Positions 1 to 6,074 of a DNA stretch of 12,104 bases are shown here, piece by piece (the first letter of the stretch is position 1; each line of letters opens with the position of its first letter). The stretch covers positions 1-12,104 of the forward strand of contig JAZDPL010000064.1 of NCBI GenBank assembly GCA_043797665.1, given 5' to 3'. This stretch comes from Candidatus Omnitrophota bacterium (GTDB lineage: Bacteria; Ratteibacteria; UBA8468; MWAK01). The notes under the pieces were generated by a model that saw nothing but the letters and a program-made list of their open reading frames with translations, searched no databases and was not told the DNA's origin. Position numbers and translations under genes: made by a program.

Positions 1-1
1 A

Positions 2-121
2 TCGGTGGGAGCCCGCAATCTGACTCACTTTGGCGGTATCTTTTTTATTCATCAATTCTGCAAGAAACTGAGACTCAAGTGGCATTTGCAGAAAAAGGTT
101 CTTTTTCATCAAGGGCTGTAG
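2..121 (+). pseudogene. Truncated transposase-like fragment resembling the N-terminus of IS1380-family DDE transposases (runs in from the window edge)
   Basis: Frame 2 is open from the edge: SVGARNLTHFGGIFFIHQFCKKLRLKWHLQKKVLFHQGL*. 'NLTHFGG...F...L.L...L' resembles the IS1380 N-terminal LTxxGG/AG motif as I recall it. The stop TAG (119-121) lies inside the GTAG of the REP element. Only 39 aa are visible. Confidence 0.4.
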
Positions 122-173
122 GGGTCGGATTCATCCGACCCTAAAACGCGGGCTTGATAAATCAAGCCCCTAC
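118..173. repeat. Inverted doublet of GTAG-family REP palindromes (REPIN/BIME-like)
   Basis: GTAG-GGGTCGGAT-tc-ATCCGACCC (118-141), then an 8-nt spacer, then GGGCTTGAT-aa-ATCAAGCCC-CTAC (150-173). Each unit is a perfect 9-bp stem with a 2-nt centre, and the GTAG/CTAC feet are at the outer ends. Confidence 0.85.
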
Positions 174-368
174 TTTTATTTAATCGCTTGTATTGATATT
201 TTTTAAAGGTGAAATCTCTATGATTTTTTGTCCATTTGCTGGAAATTGTAGAAATGAGACTCTGGAATTCCCAATGTTTTCGCGGTTTTCTGATTTTAGG
301 TATCATTTTTCACGCTTTTTTCAGGTTTCATACGGACTGATAAATACTGAATAACGGGAGCATAGGCA

Positions 369-1526
369 ATGAAAAGAAACAAAAACTGCTTGAAGAAATT
401 AGAAAGATTGAACAAAGCCCTTCATCACCAGGAGCCTGATAGAGTACCAATCAGCGATTTCTTCTGGGGGAGTTTTCTGGAAAGATGGCGAAAAGATTTA
501 AACCTGCCTCCCGATACCGATATTTATAAATACTATGACCTTGATTGGATAGTAACGGTTCCCAACATGGACCCGCACATAAAACAGTTTGAAATAATAA
601 AAGAGACTGATGAGGAAATTATTGTCAAAACAGGTTTTGAAGCCCATCTTGAAAAAAAATATAAATATCCCATGCCGGCTTATATAAAGTTTGAAACCGA
701 TACGATTGAAAAGATGGAGGCCTTCCGATTTGACGACCCGTGGGACAAGCGGCGTTATTTAAGCGGCGGCGACAACCAGATTGCCGGGGTCGGAGACGGA
801 TTCACCCGGAACCTGCCGCCCTGGGTTGACACCGTCAAATCCTTATACCCTGAATTTCCCGTTTACGGAAGCGTATGCGAGGCCCATGAAGAATTGTGGA
901 GGATTATCGGAACCGAGAACGTAATGCTGTGGATCGGGCTTTATCCTGAAGAACTGACCAAATTTATAAAAAGAACCGGTGAATTCCTTCTTGAAGTTGC
1001 AAAGGCACAGATAAAATATGCCGGTGGTATGCTTGACGGTCTGGTTGTCTGGGGCGACGTTGCCTATAGAAAAGACCTGTTCTTTTCACCGGACTTCTGG
1101 AGAAAAACCTTCAAGCCAGTTGTCAAGAATATAGTTGACGTGGCGCATGGCGCGGGAATTAATGTCATCTACCACGGATGCGGAAACGTTCACAAAATAT
1201 TGCCCGATTTCATTGAAGTGGGCATTGATGCCTATAATCCTTTGGAATATAAGGCGGGTATGGATGCCGTGGAATTACGGCGGCAATACGGACATAAACT
1301 TGGCATGTGCGGAAATATGGACGTAACGCTCTGGGCAAACGGAACCAGGGAAGAGATAAAAAAAGCGGTATTAACCAAACTCAATGCTGCCAAAGGAGGC
1401 GGGTTTATATTCCAGTCAGACCACTCCGTACCAAGCAATATTTCAGGACAGAATTATGATTATGTCATTAAACTCGTCCGTGAATACGGCAAATATCCTT
1501 TACAACTCGAGAAATATGACCTGTAA
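369..1526 (+). CDS. Uroporphyrinogen decarboxylase (URO-D)/MtaA-CmuA methyltransferase superfamily protein, 385 aa
   Basis: N-terminal 'ERLNKALHHQEPDRVP', 'WGDVAY...FSPDFWRK.FKP', 'YHGCG' (HxCG), 'CGNMD', C-terminal 'GGGFIFQSDHSVP'. GGAG at 357-360 precedes the ATG. Probably not the canonical hemE. Confidence 0.88.
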   Translation: MKRNKNCLKKLERLNKALHHQEPDRVPISDFFWGSFLERWRKDLNLPPDTDIYKYYDLDWIVTVPNMDPHIKQFEIIKETDEEIIVKTGFEAHLEKKYKYPMPAYIKFETDTIEKMEAFRFDDPWDKRRYLSGGDNQIAGVGDGFTRNLPPWVDTVKSLYPEFPVYGSVCEAHEELWRIIGTENVMLWIGLYPEELTKFIKRTGEFLLEVAKAQIKYAGGMLDGLVVWGDVAYRKDLFFSPDFWRKTFKPVVKNIVDVAHGAGINVIYHGCGNVHKILPDFIEVGIDAYNPLEYKAGMDAVELRRQYGHKLGMCGNMDVTLWANGTREEIKKAVLTKLNAAKGGGFIFQSDHSVPSNISGQNYDYVIKLVREYGKYPLQLEKYDL

Positions 1527-2577
1527 AGAAAGAGTCTTGACCGCATTTAACCTTAAGGAACCTGACCGTGTGTCTGCCTGGCTGGGCGCTTCACCTGAAT
1601 TTCGGGAACTGGCGCGGCAGCATTTAGGGCTGGATGATGACGAAAGTCTTTCGGTGCGCCTCGGAGACGACTTTCGCCGGGTCTGCGCCAAATACGCCGC
1701 TCCGGCCGCCGGTAATCAATCGACTGATTTACCGGAGAGGATAACCTCCTGGACCCCGTTCGGCATACCGCGGCACGGTTATGGCTACGGACAGCCCTTA
1801 GGACACCCGCTGGCAGACGCCACCGTCACGGAAATCCACCAATATCCCTGGCCGGACCCCAGGTGGATAGACGTTTCCAATGTCCGCAGCGAAGCGCTGA
1901 AGTACAACGGCAAGTATGCAATTTTGGGCGGCGACTGGTCTCCGTTCTGGCATGACGCCATTGACCTCTTGGGCATGGAGAACCTTTTTCTTAAGATGTT
2001 TGACCAGCCGGAAGCGGTTGACGCGCTCCTGAAACATATCGTTGACTACTACGCAGCCGCCAACCAACGCATCTTTGATACCGCCGCAGGCGCCATAGAC
2101 ATCTTATTCATCGGCAATGACTTCGGTTCTCAAAACGGACCATTGGTCGGTGAAAAATTATTCAGGCGGTTTATCCTTCCGCAACTTAAGCGGCTGGTTG
2201 ACCTGGGCCATGATTATGGCGTAAAAGTCCTGCTGCACTGTTGCGGCGGCTTCGTACCTCTGATGCCCGCCATGATTGAAATCGGCCTGGACGGCCTGCA
2301 ATCATTACAGCCGTCCTGTCCCGGCATGGAACCTACTGCACTTAAGGCTGAATTCGGTAAGAAAATCTTGTTGAACGGCTGCATTGACACTCAGCATGTG
2401 CTGATTGAAGGCAGACCTGCTCTGGTAAAAGCCAAAACACGCGAGGTCCTCCGGATAATGAAGCCGGGCGGCGGTTACGTCGCTTCGGCCAGCCACGACT
2501 ACCTTCTGCCGGAGACGCCGGTAGAAAACGTCATCGCCATGTTTGATACCATAAGGGAATACGGCGCTTATGAATAA
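1516..2577 (+). CDS. Second URO-D/MtaA-CmuA superfamily protein, 353 aa (start revised from 1384 to ATG 1516)
   Basis: Family-typical start 'MTCKERVLTAFNLKEPDRV', plus 'GNDFGSQNG', 'LHCCG', 'NGCID', 'PGGGYVASASHDY...TPVEN'. ATG 1516 overlaps the upstream gene's end by 11 nt, consistent with an operon. Confidence 0.88.
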   Translation: MTCKERVLTAFNLKEPDRVSAWLGASPEFRELARQHLGLDDDESLSVRLGDDFRRVCAKYAAPAAGNQSTDLPERITSWTPFGIPRHGYGYGQPLGHPLADATVTEIHQYPWPDPRWIDVSNVRSEALKYNGKYAILGGDWSPFWHDAIDLLGMENLFLKMFDQPEAVDALLKHIVDYYAAANQRIFDTAAGAIDILFIGNDFGSQNGPLVGEKLFRRFILPQLKRLVDLGHDYGVKVLLHCCGGFVPLMPAMIEIGLDGLQSLQPSCPGMEPTALKAEFGKKILLNGCIDTQHVLIEGRPALVKAKTREVLRIMKPGGGYVASASHDYLLPETPVENVIAMFDTIREYGAYE

Positions 2578-2958
2578 AAAATACACCGGATACAGATGGC
2601 AGAAAATCCTGGAAGACCTGAACACTAAACTGGAAAACGGAGAATTCCCGGTCGGAAAAGCATTTTATTCCATAAAAGGCGTATATGCGACCATTACCGG
2701 GTAAGCCAAATCACCGCCAGAAGGGTCTTCCAGGAACTCAAAAGAGAGGGCGGTCTTAACCCGGTACGCAGAAGGGGAACGTTCATCAGCCGCAGCAGCA
2801 AACTCCGTGAAATAATCTTTGTCACCTACGCAAACACCTCTCCCGGAGTCGGTGTTCTTCCACTAAGGTGGGACATTTACCACCTTATTTTTGAAGGATT
2901 AAAAAGAAAAGAAAATTTTTACAATGTCCAGGTCACGCCGATAAACTACCTGTGTTGA
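2570..2958 (+). pseudogene. GntR-family winged-HTH transcriptional regulator, frameshifted and C-terminally truncated
   Basis: ATG 2570 overlaps the upstream stop and reads MNKKYTGYRWQKILEDLNTKLENGEFPVGKAFYSIKGV, stopping at 2702-2704. Removing one TA from GTATATGC (2681-2688) continues as CDHYRVSQITARRVFQELKREGGLNPVRRRGTFISRSSKLREIIFV...NYLC* (TGA 2956-2958), a GntR HTH with 'VS..T.RR...L...G.....R.GTF'. Confidence 0.8.
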
Positions 2959-3110
2959 CCCTGGAACGCAAAAAGAAGTACAATCTTGAAAGAAGAAACT
3001 TTACCTACACAAACGACCTTGGTTGGTATAAAACCGCAAACTGGAAACCAGGCGATTGTTTCCACTGAATTCTGAAGATATACATTTGGCAATGTCAAGC
3101 AGCCAGAAAA

Positions 3111-3506
3111 ATGAAGCTGAAATTTATACGTAGAAAAACTCATCCAGGACCTCTTGACCCAAAGGAAAAAAGGAGATTCTGTCGGATCAACACCTCCTTG
3201 TTGGTGGGTTACGAAGTAGTCAATGAAAAGGAGGTTCCTCTAGAGAAAAAAGCGGTGGCCAAAAACCTCAGCAAAGGCGGCCTTTCTCTTGACCTGCCTG
3301 AGTATTTTCCAAAAGGTACCGTCTTGAGGATAAAGTTAGTCTTGCCCACCACCAAGGAAGACCGGCCCATTGTCGTCTTGGTAAAGGCGGCCTGGACAGA
3401 ACCATCCGAAACAAAAAATATCTATGACACCGGGGTCTATCTTGTCAAAATCACTCCGCAAGACGAGAAAGAACTTCAGGAATATATCTCTTTATTCTGC
3501 CAATGA
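3111..3506 (+). CDS. Stand-alone PilZ-domain (c-di-GMP-binding) protein, 131 aa
   Basis: RxxxR motif 'KRRFCR' and (D/N)xSxxG motif 'NLSKGG', followed by typical PilZ beta strands ('VLVKAAW', 'TGVYL'). Confidence 0.88.
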   Translation: MKLKFIRRKTHPGPLDPKEKRRFCRINTSLLVGYEVVNEKEVPLEKKAVAKNLSKGGLSLDLPEYFPKGTVLRIKLVLPTTKEDRPIVVLVKAAWTEPSETKNIYDTGVYLVKITPQDEKELQEYISLFCQ

Positions 3507-4297
3507 AAAGAATGAATTATAAGACAACCATTCCGATAATCTTCACTTTCTTAATTATCGGCTACACCTACCAGGCACATTTTAATCCCGACTATCTCTC
3601 TTTGGTTATTACCCGCGTTTTCTTTCCCTTAATGGTGGCTATAATAGGAATAATCTGGTATAAAGAAAATGCCACTACCGAAACCCTCAAAGAAACAAGA
3701 GTGAACCTGGAAATTGCCAAAGAACAAATTAAGGAAGGCTACCTTTCCGCCGTAAAGTCCTTAGCCTTAGCCATCGAAGCCAAAGACCTCTATACCAGGG
3801 GTCATTCCGCCCGGGTGGTAAAATACGCCCTGGCCATCGCCGAAGGACTTGGTCTTTCCGAAAAGGAAAAAGAGGTTATCAGGAACGCAGGCATCCTCCA
3901 TGACATAGGTAAGATTGCCATCTCCGACCAGATTTTAGGCAAGAAAGACAAACTCACCGAAGAAGAGTTTGATACCATCAAGAAGCACCCCGCCTTAGGA
4001 GAAAATATTCTCAAGCCGCTTTCTTTCTTGGATACGGAAGCCTCAATTATCCTGAGTCACCACGAAAGAATAGACGGAAAAGGCTACCATAAACTATCCC
4101 ATGAAGATATTCCCCTGGCCAGCAAAATACTAATTATCGTCGATAGTTACGACGCCATGACCAGCGACCGGCCTTACCGTAAAGCCCTCCCCAAAGAACA
4201 AGCCCTTCAGGAGTTAAAAAACAACGCCGGAACCCAGTTCGACCCTCACCTGGTCGAAGTCTTCATTCAAGTCCTGGGGAAAATGGACGCCGTTTGA
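3503..4297 (+). CDS. HD-GYP domain phosphodiesterase-like protein with two N-terminal hydrophobic helices, 264 aa
   Basis: 'EAKDLYTRGHSARV', 'LHDIGKI', 'IKKHP..G', 'HHERIDGKGYH', 'VDSYDAMTSDRPYR', 'GTQFDP'. ATGA overlap with the PilZ gene at 3503-3506. Confidence 0.92.
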   Translation: MKRMNYKTTIPIIFTFLIIGYTYQAHFNPDYLSLVITRVFFPLMVAIIGIIWYKENATTETLKETRVNLEIAKEQIKEGYLSAVKSLALAIEAKDLYTRGHSARVVKYALAIAEGLGLSEKEKEVIRNAGILHDIGKIAISDQILGKKDKLTEEEFDTIKKHPALGENILKPLSFLDTEASIILSHHERIDGKGYHKLSHEDIPLASKILIIVDSYDAMTSDRPYRKALPKEQALQELKNNAGTQFDPHLVEVFIQVLGKMDAV

Positions 4298-4345
4298 ATG
4301 CCGGGATTAGGTTTTTCTTGAAATCTCGTCGTTGACAGAAGTTTT

Positions 4346-4930
4346 TTAAGTGTCGCGTTTATTCCGGTCTTCAGCTAATTCCGACAGGCGCCGGTAAAAT
4401 TCGTCCCCGAAACGGCCGAAGCGTCCGACCAATCCCTCCCTGACAAACTGGTAGAGTCGGATATTCTTCTCGCGACCGTAAACCCGGGCGTTGCGGCAAA
4501 CGTCCCGGTGGTCAAAATGCAGAATTTCATAGGGCGGCCGTTCTACAACCCTTACCGGGTATAACTGACAGGAAATGGGCTTATGTAATTGGGAACCGTT
4601 TCTTTTTCCGGCGCGCTCTAAACCACAGAAGACAGTGCCGTCTTCTGTAACAACGTAGGCGCAGTCGCCGGTGTCCAGAAGAGGGGTTGTAAAAAAACTG
4701 CTTCCTGACCGTTCATATACGCCCCGGTCTTCAATCATCTCTACGCCTTGCCGGCTCAGGAAATTGATTATTTCCTGATAATTCTCTTCGTAAACCCCAC
4801 CTTCCGGAGTGGTCAGATCCGCACCGCTCTTGCCGCTGACGCAACAGAGACCATGACAATCCTTAAGGCGACAACAAAAATATTCCTTGATGACCTCATC
4901 GCTGACAATCACATTATCAATTAAAATCAT
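4346..4930 (-). CDS. DUF3109-like cysteine-rich protein (putative metal-binding), 194 aa
   Basis: 'FCCRLKDCHGLCCVSGKSGA', 'DCAY', 'CGLE', 'KPISCQLYPVR', 'VC..A' match the DUF3109 pattern as I recall it. AAGGA RBS and a dedicated promoter lie upstream. Confidence 0.8.
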   Translation of the reverse strand: MILIDNVIVSDEVIKEYFCCRLKDCHGLCCVSGKSGADLTTPEGGVYEENYQEIINFLSRQGVEMIEDRGVYERSGSSFFTTPLLDTGDCAYVVTEDGTVFCGLERAGKRNGSQLHKPISCQLYPVRVVERPPYEILHFDHRDVCRNARVYGREKNIRLYQFVREGLVGRFGRFGDEFYRRLSELAEDRNKRDT

Positions 4931-4988
4931 AAATTCCTTTACAATTCAAAGGGTAATTTTTGGACCACCCCCCCTGAGAACTATGAAA

Positions 4989-5017
4989 ATTATACCGCAA
5001 GGGTTGTTACGCGTCAA
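4989..5017 (-). promoter_or_regulatory. Sigma70-type promoter for the DUF3109-like gene
   Basis: Minus strand TTGACG (5017-5012), 17-nt spacer, TATAAT (4994-4989). Confidence 0.8.
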
Positions 5018-5055
5018 ACAATCGTCGTGTGTTTTGGCGCGGGTTCCCATATCCC

Positions 5056-5084
5056 TTGACTAAATTCTGACGGAGTGATAACAT
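5056..5084 (+). promoter_or_regulatory. Sigma70-type promoter with extended -10 driving the two lysine-rich small ORFs
   Basis: TTGACT (5056-5061), 17-nt spacer, TAACAT (5079-5084), with TG at 5076-5077 giving a TGn extended -10. Divergent from the promoter at 4989-5017. Confidence 0.7.
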
Positions 5085-5137
5085 TTAGAAAAGTAATTTA
5101 ATGAGCACATAACCGGTAAAACAAAAGGAGGAAAGAT

Positions 5138-5239
5138 ATGGGCAAAAGTCATGATGCTAAAAAAGATGTAAAAAAGAAAGCAGCAAAAACGCTAAAAGAG
5201 AAACGGCTTGAGAAAAAAGCGAAAAAAGCAGGCAAATAA
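5138..5239 (+). CDS. Lysine-rich microprotein 1, 33 aa: MGKSHDAKKDVKKKAAKTLKEKRLEKKAKKAGK
   Basis: AGGAGG at 5126-5131, 6 nt before ATG 5138; TAA 5237-5239; 14 of 33 residues are Lys. Below the ORF-track size cutoff. Confidence 0.8.
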   Translation: MGKSHDAKKDVKKKAAKTLKEKRLEKKAKKAGK

Positions 5240-5322
5240 AAATAACCGGAATTTGGTGTCAGACCGTTAAGCTGGAATCCAGGGCATAGTTTTAATTTTT
5301 CCGAAAAGGAGGTGAAGAAAAC

Positions 5323-5412
5323 ATGGGAGATAAAGGTAAAAAGGATATAAATAAGAAATCAAAACAAACAAAAGCAAAAAAGGAAGCAAAAAATAAAAAA
5401 CAAGTGAAATAG
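5323..5412 (+). CDS. Lysine-rich microprotein 2, 29 aa: MGDKGKKDINKKSKQTKAKKEAKNKKQVK
   Basis: AAGGAGGTGA at 5306-5315 before ATG 5323; TAG 5410-5412; 13 of 29 residues are Lys. Confidence 0.78.
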   Translation: MGDKGKKDINKKSKQTKAKKEAKNKKQVK

Positions 5413-5586
5413 CGGGGTCACCCCAGTCCAAGGATAAGGGTTCACTTCACCCGGTTTAATATATAGACCCATCCAGAAGTGATTATTTGGGTATTATATA
5501 TTATTGCGTATTCCGCTCAAAGGAACCTACCCCACCATCCAGTCGCAATAATTTTGACTTAGAACCTGGAAATGAATATACCCGGG

Positions 5587-5886
5587 TTATTCTCCGAGGA
5601 CTTTTACCATGACTCTCTTCGGACGGCAGCCGTCAAACTCACCGTAGAATATCTGTTCCCAGGGACCAAAATCCATTCTACCGTCGGTTATTGCTACCAT
5701 CACTTCTCTACCCATCACAGTTCTTTTCAGATGGGCGTCTCCGTTATCCTCTCCGGTTTGGTTGTGGTTATACGCGGTCTTTGAATAGGGTGCCAGCTTT
5801 TCTAACCATGCTAAAAAATCCCGGTGTAGTCCGGACTCGTCGTCATTGATAAAGATACGGCTGTTTTTATGTCTAATAAGAAACAC
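5587..5886 (-). pseudogene. yjbQ: YjbQ/UPF0047 family protein, N-terminally truncated
   Basis: '[13 protein letters not shown]...WLEKLAP...[15 protein letters not shown]...GREV...[26 protein letters not shown]' is clearly YjbQ. The usual N-terminal ~40 aa, ending in an H-x-T-A-S-type motif, is absent or scrambled, and the GTG start has no RBS. Confidence 0.8.
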
Positions 5887-5980
5887 CGATGTGCTAAAAT
5901 TAAAGCGTAGAGCGACCCTGGAAAGAAGGCCGTTGACGGGACGGGAGTTATACTTCGCTACTGGAGGGTGGTCCGAAAAA

Positions 5981-6003
5981 TCATAACCTCCAGGAGGTTA
6001 TGA
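5981..6003. promoter_or_regulatory. Perfect inverted repeat upstream of the GH2 gene (operator or hairpin candidate)
   Basis: TCATAACCTCC-A-GGAGGTTATGA has 11-bp arms and a 1-nt centre. A second IR, ATCCATA-N11-TATGGAT, follows at 6010-6034. Function is inferred. Confidence 0.5.
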
Positions 6004-6074
6004 AGGCGAATCCATAACACTCAAAACTATGGATGTTTATCATCCCGGTGCGCGCAAAATCGGAGGGAGACAGG

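Noticed and set aside
109..306. 65-aa minus-strand ORF
   Set aside because: It runs through the REP doublet and AT-rich intergenic DNA, with no RBS or protein-like features.
1384..1515. N-terminal extension of the second URO-D-like ORF given in the ORF track
   Set aside because: It lies wholly inside the upstream gene; the family-typical start MTCKERV is at ATG 1516.
2946..3143. 65-aa minus-strand ORF and short plus-strand frames between the GntR remnant and PilZ
   Set aside because: No motif, start context or RBS supports them.
5572..5784. 70-aa plus-strand ORF
   Set aside because: Antisense shadow of yjbQ.
5933..5954. TTGACG...TATACT promoter-like pair upstream of GH2
   Set aside because: The spacer is only 10 nt, incompatible with sigma70 geometry.
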